DNA of 64,000 nt from the human T2T-CHM13v2.0 reference genome, Homo sapiens: the NCBI RefSeq assembly GCF_009914755.1, contig NC_060944.1, one strand, 5' to 3'. The stretch's first letter is position 1. Every line of letters begins with the position of its first letter. A program made the translations under genes and the position numbers. Under the pieces are notes generated by a model. It ran no database searches and was not told the DNA's origin. It saw only the letters and a program-made list of their open reading frames with translations. Positions 52,255-64,000 of this stretch are shown piece by piece.

Positions 52255-53680
52255 TATTCATTAATTCACTCATTTGATAAATATTTATTGACTCCCCCTA
52301 AGCAACAGATACTTTTTTATATTCCAGGGACAGAGCACTGAAAAACAAAATCCTTGCTTTGTCATATTGGTAGTCTAGAAAAAAAAATTATGTTTGCTTA
52401 ACATAAATTAAGCAAATAAAAAATAAAGAAATAGGGAAGTTCAAAGAGTGCTTTACAAAATAAAACAGGGCAATTGGAGAATGTGTTTTTAGGTAGACGT
52501 GCTGAGGACGTAATCTTGGAATACAGATTTGTACAATGGGAAGGAGGAAGCCAAGCCATACAGAGGTCTTGAGTTAAAACATTCCACACAGAGAGAACCA
52601 TAGGAGAAAAGCCTGGAAGAGAGAATGAGCTCACTGCTTGCTAGCAATGATGAGACCCAATGTGGTTGAAGCAGAGAGACGAAAGAATGGCAGGAGACAA
52701 GTTTGGAGAAATAGACAGAGTCAGATTATAGGGTCTTGTGGTTCATAGAGAGACTGTGAATTTTATTCTAGTGGGTAGTTGTTGAAGTGTTTTGGGTAGG
52801 AGAATAACACATATAATTCACCTTTTAAAAACAAGCCTGGCTGCTCTTCCGAAAAGGATATCTTATATTTATAAGATATCAGAGTAGGAAATGGCAGACC
52901 AATTAAGAGGATGCTGCAGTAAATCCAGGCAGGAGATGAGGGTGCTCTGGAATACAGTGATGGTAGAAAAGGAGGTAACAAGCGTCAAGTTTGGGGTACA
53001 CTTTGATGATGCAGCCAATAGGACTAGAGGATTGTTTTCTGTTAGGATAGGGTTATGCTGCAGTTACAAACTACCCCCAAATCTTGGTATCACAAACAGC
53101 AAAGGTATGTTTCTTGCTCACACTGTTTGTACGTCTTGAGTCAGCAGAGGGAACTGACTTACAAATCCGGGCTGACAGATACTTTACCATGTGAAATATC
53201 ATCTATCACATGACAAGAAAAGATAGATAATCAATTCCCTTGTAGAAATGTTTCTACAAAGGAATGATGTATATAACTTTCACTCACATTTCATTGTCCA
53301 GAAAAAGGCACCCAGGGACTAAGTTCCAGGAGACAAGAAAATGCAGCCTTTTTGTATGTTCAGAATAGAGCAAACTGAATATTGACAAAAATTAGTAATG
53401 TCTATTATAAATGTAAATCAGATGTGATATATGACAAAAAGAGAAGAATCAAGGATGACAACTAAATTTTTGGCCTGAGCTGCTGGGTAAATTTTGGTGC
53501 ATTTACTGAGATGAAGAATATTGGTATAAGAGCATGTTTATATGAAAAATATAAAGAAGACAAGAATTGTGTTGCCATGCTACAGATAGTTAAGTCTGAA
53601 ATGATTTTAGATATCTAATGAAGATTTCAAATAGACAATTGGCTCTTGGAGCCTAAAGCTCAAGATAGAAGTAGGAAAGA
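52255..53680 (-). mobile_element. L2a-like element split by an MLT1 insertion
   Basis: attcattaattcactcatttgataaatatttattga start; atcaaggatgacaactaaatttttggcctgagc resumes after 53410. Confidence 0.75.
53033..53410 (-). mobile_element. MLT1J-like LTR nested in L2
   Basis: taggatagggttatgctgcagttacaaactacccccaaatctt...aaaggtatgtttcttgctcacactg. Confidence 0.7.
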
Positions 53681-54689
53681 AAGACCGGGTGATATTGATC
53701 AGATTACCATAACTTTAACTTGGGTTCGGCCTCAGTTTGAGATTGCTTGCAAGAAAAAGGAATATAGTCAAACTAGCTTACATAAAGGAGAATGTGTTGT
53801 ATAAGTGAACTACATTTTTAAAAAAAGTCTTGAAATCCAAGGGCCGGAACTAGAGAGGGGTCTCATGAATTATAGAATCCCAAACTATAAATCCAATAAG
53901 AACCAAGGTAGCTCATTTTCATTCTCTCCCACTCCATCTCTATCTCTCCCATGTCTCTGTTTCATTATTATTATCATGTTGCATGTTATCTTTTATTCTC
54001 ATTCACCTGCTTATGCGTGGCCCCATCATGACTGTGTCTGTCCATTCATGGGTCAATCAGCCCTGCTTGAGGCAAGGCCTGGGTTCAGTGGATAAGGTTG
54101 CATTTTCTGAAGCTCTTAGCTGGTGAGGTTCCCCCAAAATTTTCCTTTAAAAAACAAAAAAGAGGAATCTATGTAATGTGAGTCTCCCATCAGTGCTCAT
54201 GCTTTTCTTATTCAGCTGAGTTTATTATTCAACATTCACAAATTTCATAGTTTGTGGCTATCATTCCCCATAAATAATTGAGGCTGTCATATAATTGATG
54301 AGCTTTTACATTTCACCATTAACTTACTCTCTGATTTCTAAACCATCAGGAATGTGCACTTTTTCTTTCCCAACACAGTAGTTGATTTGCTTATGTTTAA
54401 TTTCATAAATCACCGCCAGCTGGTGTAGCTGGATACTTCCACACCCAGAGAGGTCTGACTAGAGTCCCAGTGGTCAGGAGGGGGAAAATCATATTCTGTT
54501 GCCCACCATCCACTTGTTTAATTTACCCAAAGTCTGAACTCCAAGGGCACAGCATATATTTAAGAGGACTCAGAAACCCGAGGGGAGGAACGCTGCTGCA
54601 CACACAGCACAGTGGCTCAAACAGTGGCAGCTCTAGCAGAAGAGCTAAAGCAGCACTTTAACAAAAAGAAAAGAAAAAAAGGAGCATTC

Positions 54690-54920
54690 TCAAAAGGCTG
54701 TAATTGAGGCACAAAAATGACTTAGAACTGAAAAACATGATGACTCTTGAGTTGAAAATCTTAAAAAAACAAAAAAGAATATTCACTACTGAGAACCGAA
54801 TTATTGCTATGAGAAGATCAGATAGATGAATTATCTCACAACACAGAAGAGAAATACAAAGAAATGACAATCATGACTGAAGAGGTAAGGTGGCAGAGAA
54901 ACCCAGGGATCAAACATGAG
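54690..54920 (+). mobile_element. HAL1 / old L1 ORF1-like fragment
   Basis: A-rich ctgagaaccgaattattgctatgagaagatcagatagatgaattatctcacaacacagaagagaaatacaaagaaatg. Confidence 0.5.
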
Positions 54921-57494
54921 GCAGGCAGGGTCTGAAGATTACCCACTGGCATTTTCAGCTAAATTAAGTATTAAGAACTTCTGAGTTCAGAAAACCAAAA
55001 GAAAAGAATATCAGAGTTGGCAGTAAAAATTGACAGCAGGTAGCATGATAACCTTTCTCTAAGTGCACCATTTTTCTCAAGTAGTAACTTTATTACAGAA
55101 ATAGGTGAGCAAAATAAGGGACTGTTATGGAAATGAACAGTAGAAATGTGGCCTAGATTTCTAAGTTGGGGTGGCTGCTCTGTGTTATCAAATGCAATTT
55201 CATGCATTCCTTATTTTTCATGCAATCTAGAAATATAATTCTTTGCGGAATAGGTATTTCCCCACTCTGCAGCTCTGAGACCCCCTGCTCATATCTGAAA
55301 GTTAGCCTAAGAAATGTTTTTACAGTGCCTGTTCTATTGTTCTACCCCAGGGACTCATATGGCATTTGGCTATTGGTCTCTGAGACAATGCACATATTTG
55401 CCATTTTTTCCACAGAAAAGTAGAACAGGATGCATTTCACCCTTCAGAGCCACAAATGTCCTGATATTGTGAGACATTTCCAAGTCATGGTGGTCATATT
55501 CAATATTTCAGATACCCCAAGGGAGCAAGCATCCTACAGCACATAGCACCATGTGTTCGTTTTCCCAGGAAGTCCTGCTAGTCAGGGAATACGGCTTCTA
55601 AGATGACGATTCTGAGCTGGAGGATCAGTGGATTTCCCAGGAACTTTTAAATGTGGAACCCTAAAGTACTGATCAAGGATTAGTTGTAACATGAAGGAAA
55701 CCTGAACCCCTCTCCTCCTACCATCAATTATAAAGAAGCAGATAGATGGACAGAAACCCAGCGTTCTAGGAGGCTCTAGGTAAAGCTGTGGCCACCTGCA
55801 GCTATCCAAAGGGGAGCCCCTGGTTCCCCTGAGGCCCGGCCCCAGCATCATCTCTGTGGGCTGTTGAGGATGGACTCCTTCCCGCTGCACTACTCCAAGG
55901 GAATTCCCTAATATCCTCCCTCCTATCTATACTGCTCTCCTCCCTAGACAGATCCCATTGCTCTGGGCTGGGGACAATTCAATGGAGAAGTGTTTGGTTC
56001 ATCTTTGAAGGCCTTTGGCTAGGTCACCTGCCTAGACTTGGAAATCACTGGCAAGGAAAAACCCCAGCTCTGCATTTTCAAAACCCAAATGGGTTTTCTT
56101 TTATATAGGAGGAAGGTGGTACTTTTCTCTCCTCGCGTACAAGGTTTGGGTCTTTGCCCGACATAATTTTTTTTAACTATGCCTTTAGCACAAACAGATT
56201 GTTGTTCAAAATGTTAAATATCATCTACTTGTCATTTAAATAGTTTACTCTGTGCCTTCGGAGGGAAACACAACACCTGTGGTATTGCTGTTTGTCACTT
56301 AAAGTAGCAAGCCTACAGATGTGGCAGGGGATCCTGAGATGCTGTATATGTGTGGCAGCATCGCTCTGAGACAGATGTCCAGCTCGGCAAGTTGATGCCA
56401 GCCAAGGCTCCCAGACCTCACCCAGTGTGGTCTAGACCTCACCGTAAGATGCCGATAGCCAGAGACAAAATTAGCTTTGAGTTCATCCTTGATGTCCTTT
56501 GGAAGTAGAGACGTTGGTTTCTACTGCGTGGAAGCAGTTAGCCTTGTCACCCTCCCTTGCCTTCCAGTATTCAGGCACATGATTCACAAACTGCTGAAGA
56601 AGCTGAACATATTTCTCCACCCCAGAAAACAGAATTAGGAATCCACTGTAGAAATGCACGTCCAGCCTCCTGAGTGGTTCAGATGCTGCTCTCATGCTGA
56701 TTTGACAAGATCGAGAACACAGCCACTTGTTTCCTCATTACTGATCACAAAGAAACTGTTGCACTTTAACTTCTGGTGCCAAGACTATTTTTCCCCCTTC
56801 TTGGCAGAGGTCTTTGAGCATATGCAGTGTTAAAAATTGTTTGCCACTTTTATTTCAGCATCACGTTATGGATCACCGAAAAAAAACCCCAGTGTGGGGC
56901 CTGCCTTATGTCTCTGACATGAAACGCCTTAGGATCTTTGTGATTCTTAAAAAGGGGGTTTAAATGAAACATGAAATGATGCTTACATTTATGATGGGAA
57001 AATTATATATTTCGAAACAAGCTCCAAATTCCTGTGGACTATTATTTACACTTATGCAAAAGGCATAATGTGCCATCCTCCAATTCTATGCAATGCAGGG
57101 GTGTGGTTAACATTCAGAGACCTGGAAGGAGCAAAGGAAATGCTCCGTGCTCTCTCTCAGGAATGCCTTTTTATGTCCACAAACATCATCTGAGTACCTA
57201 TTATGGTCTTAGTTTTTGGTGGAATTTAGTGTTAAAATTTGTGCACTTGAAAAAATAAATTGCAGCTTTGAAATGGTCACATCCTATGCAGTAATGTGGT
57301 TATGGTAATAATCATCATCATCCTAATATGCTGCCGTAAAAACGTATCCTTTGAGTAGCCCAAATGTGTCGTTCAGGTGGAGCCATGACACTCATAGGCT
57401 GTGACACCACTGAGGACAGTTAGTCCCAGATTTTGCAGATACGCTGTGTCGCTTTTGCTCTTCAAGAACACTGATGACTTGCTAACATTTTATA

Positions 57495-57835
57495 TTTTCT
57501 CTCTACCTCTTTATTTTTCTCTCCCTCTCTCCCTACCGTTCTCTTTCTCTCTCACTCTCCTTTCTTCCCTCCTTTCCTTCTGTCTCCCTCCCTCTTTCTT
57601 CCTTCCTCCCTCCCTTCCTGCTTCTCCCAATTCCCTCCTCCCTTTTTCCTTCCTTTTTCTTTCTTTCTCCTTCCTTCCCTCCCTCCTTCCTTCCTTCTTT
57701 CTTTCTCTCTCTCCTTCCTTCCTTTCTTCCTTCCTTTCTTTTTCTTTTTTATTTTCTTCTTTTCTTTCCTTTTCTTTTTTCTTTCTTTTCTTTTCTCTTC
57801 TCTTTTCTTTTTCTTTCTTTCTTTTCTTCCCCCCA
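57495..57835. repeat. CT-rich polypyrimidine low-complexity tract (~340 bp)
   Basis: Direct reading; source of the F/L/S-rich and K/R/E-rich ORFs. Confidence 0.95.
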
Positions 57836-60029
57836 CCAGCCCGCCCCAGCCCAGACAATCCCTTATCACTCTGAGTCTGTCATTGTCGGGATTTGTGACA
57901 AGCAGTTATTGTTCCCACGGTTAGAATAAAAGCTAATCCCCAAGGCAGCTTCTCCCCTTCTGATGGGGGTGTTCCAGTGCTTGGTGTCACCATACACTGC
58001 CACACAAGAGTTTGCCAAGTGGACAGATCCACCGACACTTCCAGCTTCACCCTGCTTTAGCATCTCTCACAATTGGCATAATGAGGTTTTGGAGCCAGAA
58101 ACTAAAGCCCCAAGACAACATCAAGGGTTGCTTTCAGGCTCCATAGCCCTGTTGTGGTCAATAGGAAGCACAGTGCATGGGAAAATATGCATTTTGCTGT
58201 TTCAGTTAGTGAGCTTATTACCAGTTAGCCAGTGATGGGGAGGGCTCTAATTACACACTTTTAGGCGTTGAGCTGAGCTTGCCCAAATGCCCTGTCACCC
58301 ATTCTTACTCTGGTGGGGAGCTCATCAAAGTTCAACAAATGTTTTGTTTTATTTCCTCCCAGTAGGGGATATCAGGCAATCAAGGCCTTGGGGTGCTCTA
58401 GGGACACCAACCTACAGTCCTATGTAGATTAGGGTGGCTTGCTGTCTTCTGCACTTGCATATAATCAATATACATCCTCCTCAGCCAGCCCTCCTGAACC
58501 TAGTACTATGTCCATTATGCCCCACTGTATCTAGATAAACAGAATGGAGTGCATGGGAATGCAGAGAGAACCTAGAAAAATACTCTGCTGGGGGTGAGTG
58601 GTTTGGGGGGTTGGGATTTTGTTTAAATAGGCATGGAGGGTAATTCATATATACTGCTAATAGGTCTAGACCTTCTAGAAAGAGTTCTAGGAGGTATAGA
58701 ATAGGTACATGAAGGAGTTAAAGAGGGAAGAAAGAGGTAAGGGAAATCAATATTTATCTGACTCCTGATGTGTCCCATGGCAGAGGCATGGCCCAAAGAT
58801 GCATTCTGTCTTCACAAAACTCTCTTCAAGGTAGTTATTTTAAAATCTTTAATTTCCTAGATGTGACAGTTAAAGGAAATTTTAAAAGTCAACTAATAAG
58901 ATACTTTCATGTTCTACTATAACCTTGCTTCTGTGGCCTGTCTAGCGTTGGGCACCTTACCCAGATTTAGCCATACATGAGAATAAAACCAAAATAGATT
59001 GATTAGGGTCTTTCCATGGGATTTCTTTGCCACCTGGAGTCAGGAATAAAAAATGGTGGTGAACCTGAGGGATGTGGAGCACAGCTACCGTGTTCCCTAC
59101 CATTTTGGAAGGTTCTTCTTTAAGAAGATAATTTGAAGATGTCCCAGATTTGAGGGCAGTTGGCAAGAGTCACAGAACCCATTCTGTTGGCTCAAGTGAA
59201 GAACCAAAACTGAAGCAAAAAGCAGTATATTTTAGCAAAATGCAATGGCCACCCATTTTAAGTTTTTACAACTCAAAAAATAATTTTTAACTAGAGAAAA
59301 GAAAAGGTTGAGAATCATTTGGAGGGTTATTTTTTTCAAAAGTGTATGCTTTAAATAGTTTATTCTACTCCTTTCAGAGAACCTGTGCTATGTTGAACCA
59401 CTGTTTATGATGAGAATATTTTACATCCTTCAGATGTGTTGGCTGGAAAAATTTTGAGAGTCACTGTCCTAAATAGTAAAATTAGAGTGCTTTTTATAAA
59501 ATCAGTCTTTCAATATTCCCTTCATACTGGAGGACCATCAAAAGATAGTAATTAACTAATGAATTAATTTTCTGATGGCTGTATTTTTCTCCTTCTTTCC
59601 TGCAACCTGGAGGTAGGAAACACACATTAACAGAAGCCAGTGCTGAGGAGAGACTAAGAAATAGCATGAGACAGGTGAAATGCAAACTCTTTAAAATCAA
59701 ACTTCAGGGTGCAGGTATTAAAAAAAGGAGAGAGAATGCAGTTTGCTCAGATGACTTGGCCAGGATGTTCCTAGGGTTGGGATTGGTATATCTGAAAAAG
59801 AACGGATCCCTTTGCAAAGTTTGGCTTAGAAGTTCCAAGCCTGCAGGAATGTACTCAGGAGCTCACTATGTAACAGAAGCTCAGCTCCTCTTCCGTGCAG
59901 CAGGAATGGGAATTGTGGCTCCTAGAAGTAGAGTGGTAAGAGGTAGGGTGCAGTTATAACCACCACTGTGTACCCTCACTCCAAAGAGGAAGTTTGGTGT
60001 TCTAATCAGAATTTTCCACACTCTTACAT

Positions 60030-60125
60030 AGCCTTAAACAATTAACTCCATCTCTCTGGACTCAGTTTCTTCATCTGTAAAATAGGGAGGGTGGGCATGT
60101 CTCTTCTAGCTTCAGGATTCTGTGC
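60030..60125 (+). mobile_element. MIR core fragment
   Basis: ctctctggactcagtttcttcatctgtaaaatagg. Confidence 0.8.
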
Positions 60126-63100
60126 CATTGATGTGTGTCTTCTGGAGCAGGCCCACTGATGCATCCTGGCCATGCCTTTGACCATGTCTTCATAGCACAA
60201 TCAGACCTGTAAGAAGGCTTACACTCTGTGATTCTCCAGGCTCCTCCAGTGGCATACCAAAGATCAAGCAACATTTGCATGTGCTGTCTGTATGCCTTTA
60301 AGATGATTACCAACCCCCATATGGGTGTATCTTTAGAGTTGATATTAACAACCTTGACCCATTTAGTGTAGAAGGAGAGGCCGCCATGTTGATTTTCTGT
60401 AAATGATCCGGATTATATGGTGGTTTCAAAATAGCCAACTTTTAAAGCTCCTTATGAAATTAAATGTGCTGATTATCCAAATGATGTGACATTTTTATAA
60501 ATAGAAAGTAAACCTCTGAGCATGTGGTTGGAACTACATCAGACACAGGGATAAAAACAACACTGGGAGGTCCTACTGAAGGACATTCTAACAACCATTT
60601 TCTGGAGATAGAAGCATGCACCTTCATCCCTTCTAGGTAGGAAGGAAAAAGAAACCTTTTCCTTGTCCTCTACCTTGATGGACTAGGACTCGTATGCTGC
60701 CCTGATTGAAGGGAAAATTAACAGTTTTGATACGGTCATCTAGCTCAACTCAGGGAAAAACAAAAAAGGCATTTCCCCTTTCTAGTGGAAGTAAATGATT
60801 TGCTTGTTGATGGGTGATGTTTTCAGCCAGGCTGCTGTTTCCGATAGAAGCTGTGACCAGAGCTGAACCATCTCATTGTTTCTCTAATCACGTCTAGGCA
60901 AAGAGGTGGCTCCTCTGGAAAGACTAGACTCCTTTGATGATGCCACTGCTACTCACTAGGGTAAGAAAACCAAATAGGTCTGGCAAAACACTTGCTTCTC
61001 CAATTTCATGGCTCAATGGAAAACATACTGGAAAAAACATCCGAAGACTGTGGGTCTCTGGCCATGCACCGCTGGAGGCTGTAACGGTGAGCCCAGTGAC
61101 AGAAGGGCTGGCTAACGTGCTGTCCTGCAATCAGTTATGTCGTCTACATTTCTATTTATGAACCCCTTCGAAGTCCATGACAGAAAGCCCCAACCTTTTA
61201 GTGAGGAGACTATTCATTTGCAAGAAGCAGAGAATAGAAGAATATTGGGGGATCTACTATTAACTAAACTTGTGTTGAATAGAAGTTACTAAAACCTGGT
61301 CAGATTCACATCTGTGATTCCAGGTTAAGGGCCTCAGGCAAGGAAGCGAAGCCCCACGTGGATCCTGAAATACTGGCCTTAGACTCGATTCCACAGCAAA
61401 GGTTGCAGCCACCCAGCATCTGAGCTGCTGGGCACCAGGGCAAGTGATGGCCAGTGACAGGAAGGAGCTATGCACGCATATATCCTCTGTTGTGTGCACT
61501 CTTTAAAAGAAGAGATAAGGAGAAAAAAATATTTAAATGATATCATTTAAGTTTCACAATAAACCATTGACTGAAATAAGACATATGAATTCTCTTTTCT
61601 TCCAATCGGTCCAAATTTTCACATGTTCCTTAGCTTCTTTCTGCATTGATGTGATGCTAAGATGTAAAGACTTTTAGTTGTTGTTGCTTCTCTGACACTG
61701 CTCCTCGATATAAGCGCAAAACTTCACCTTTTGATCATGGGGTCTTTAAAAAAAGGCCCAGCAATCTCCCCTAAAGCTGGAGACAAAACTGGGTTTCCTG
61801 GACTTACTGAGATGTGATGTGTCAGTTTACAACATAAGGCCTTTCTAATGAATTTTAAAGAAAAATTTTGCTCATGTGAAATTTTCACTTTATGTGCTGA
61901 CCTTAGAGCTTGAACATTGCATAAGAATAACTCAGCTGTATATATTTTGCAACATAAATGTTGCCTGTTTGTAACCAGCAGATTTCCCTTAGGCTGGGCG
62001 GCTTCTTCTGCCCTGTTACCTACTGAAGTACTCCCCTAATGACCAAGAGGTTGCTCAGCTTGTCAGTGAGACAAGAAAATTCTTGGAGATGTGACAATCA
62101 TTCTGGACCTATTCCTCACCTGTAAGATAAGGTGAAAGTCATCTAGGAAAAATCCTTAAATCAGATACTGGGGCATACCCTAAATCTACTGTATCAGAAT
62201 ATCTGAGAAGATAGTGGCCTATATTTTGAAAATTTCTTCAGGTAGTGGTTGAGAAAGATTAGGCCAGTTGCTCTCAACAATCTTTTATGGCTAAGACATA
62301 CTGCAATAAAAACTCCCATTTGTTCTCTTCAATAAGGAAAAGGCTATGTTAAGTGAGAACTGTGAGAGTAAATCTCTCCTCTCAACCAGTTTACGACTGG
62401 CCTTCTAACAAGGGGTTAGGAGTCTAGGGTTGGGGCTGTATTGTCTAGCTAGTCCTGGGGTGGCCACAGCTTACTTTCTACTCACAAGCACTTGACATGG
62501 GTTGACCAATAAGTGAGTTTGATGAAGTTTACACATAATGTAACTCAACTCACATTAAATATCTTTGGGAGTTGCTAGACAGCTTTTGTGGCACCCTGTA
62601 AACAGTAGAGGCCTTTTGCCATCTTTTAGAAAGGATTTTAGTATATTCCCAATATCCTGTTGATAGTAATCATTGTCTCTGGATATTGCCTTTGATGCCT
62701 CTATGCAAGAGATGCATTTAATAAATTACTAAAAATCATTAGCATACACAACTTAATTCTTCTTTGAGTACTTATTGTAGGCAGATTTGAAAATAAAGCC
62801 AACAGGGCTATCTCATGGATCTTATGTAATTATATTGGTTCCTGAAACAACTTTTGAGAGTCAAGTACTCAGTCATCTGAAGCAAATTAATTCTCCCTGG
62901 ACATGAAGGTGCCATTAAGCATAGCGGCAAGAGATGATTTTCCGGTTGGTACCCTGTTGTCCTTTACTGAAGCCGGTTTACACCACCCTCATGTGAATCA
63001 GACCCTGGATGTGGAGATACGTGCCACCCACGGTGCTTCTAGGTCCCCCCACCGCTGGCACAATTAGATTTCTTTAAGGAATTAGGAAATGAAACTCTAT

Positions 63101-63854
63101 ATTAAAATTCATTGCTGAGAACACTACCTACCTTAATATTTTCTGCTGTTCAAAATTTTCCTCTGAAAACAATTAGAGGCTGATGGGGTGTGCATTTGAC
63201 AGTGCAAATGGAGCTACAAATGACCTGGGTGGGCTTCAGCTAAGCACAGGGCAGCTTAGGAATGTATTAAGTGGAGTAATTATCTCATATGGTTTTCCCT
63301 TGGGTTCAGTGACATCTACAAAGTTCGTTTTTCTAAGTTCCTCCTTCTACAAATTTAAACTCAAGGGAAATAGGATCCATATGTCCCTGATTAATTTGCA
63401 CTAACTCATCAAACGTTCTTTTCTTTGTAACTTATTAGATGTCTACAGAGGATTTCAACTGTTTTTTATAAGTTCTTTCAAGCCTTTTTGTCTAGAGGCA
63501 GGAAATGGCCATTTGCCAGCAGCAAGCGAACCCCTAAATAGTCACGTTCTGTTCGGGAGTCAAAGGAAAAAGAAAATCCCCTGTTTTCTAAGTACAGCTG
63601 GGTAATGGTTTTCTTTAGAGGTGATGATAAATGTATTCTCTGAAATGTATTATTAGACTTGTTAAATGTGTAATTAAAGGGATTCCATGAAGTTGTTGCA
63701 GCAGGAATGGGATTTAAATTGCCCCCAAACCCCCTTCCACACACACATTATTACTTTACCTGTGAAAATCTTAAAAGCTGTTGGTTTACCCAGCAGCTTA
63801 GAGCCTTGAACTAAGTGAAACATGAAATATCTTCAATATATGTACCAGAGGCTC

Positions 63855-63884
63855 TGCGTGTGTGTGTGTGCGTGCACGTGTGTG
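63855..63884. repeat. (TG)n-like microsatellite
   Basis: Direct reading. Confidence 0.8.
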
Positions 63885-64000
63885 AGACATTGACAAGAGA
63901 AAGATTGATATACTCAAACCCTACATCATACTGTTTTTCATAAATTTCCATATTGAATCCAAGAGACCTCATTTTGAGGATTTAAAATAATGTGGCATCT

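Larger units (their letters stand above)
50142..64000 (+). other. MACROD2: MACROD2 intron downstream of the exon (5' part, probably intron 8)
   Basis: Starts GTAGGA; the next exon (VDRIIFCVF...) is not seen in the window. Confidence 0.85.

Noticed and set aside
56483-56695. Protein-looking 70-aa minus-strand ORF (MRAASEPL...)
   Set aside because: No family recognised and no supporting exon structure; length is within chance. Would need BLAST/PhyloCSF.
57401-57874. F/L/S-rich and K/R/E-rich ORFs (also at 40252-40689)
   Set aside because: Translations of CT-rich simple repeats.

Overview
Primate (almost certainly human) genomic DNA from inside the very large MACROD2 gene (20p12.1), + strand. 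The only supported coding feature is one 74-nt exon (50068-50141) encoding (G)FPNEPAAVIALNTIKEWLAKNHHE of the macrodomain. From memory this is exon 8, so the rest is intron 7 (1-50067) and intron 8 (50142-64000). The introns are filled with Alu, MIR, L1, L2, MLT/ERVL/ERVK LTR and MER repeats plus microsatellites. All listed ORFs look spurious, and the real exon is not in the ORF track. I found no convincing new multi-gene system. The most unusual structure is a perfect 175-bp non-tandem direct duplication of apparently unique sequence (4922-5096 = 6144-6318). Other items worth checking: a near-pristine AluYa5-lineage insertion, an inverted pair of L1MC segments, a fossil Alu monomer with a perfected hairpin, a pure (AT)22 tract, and candidate cryptic micro-exon and recursive splice sites. 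Repeat subfamily names come from recalled consensus sequences, not from RepeatMasker, and boundaries of old repeats are approximate.
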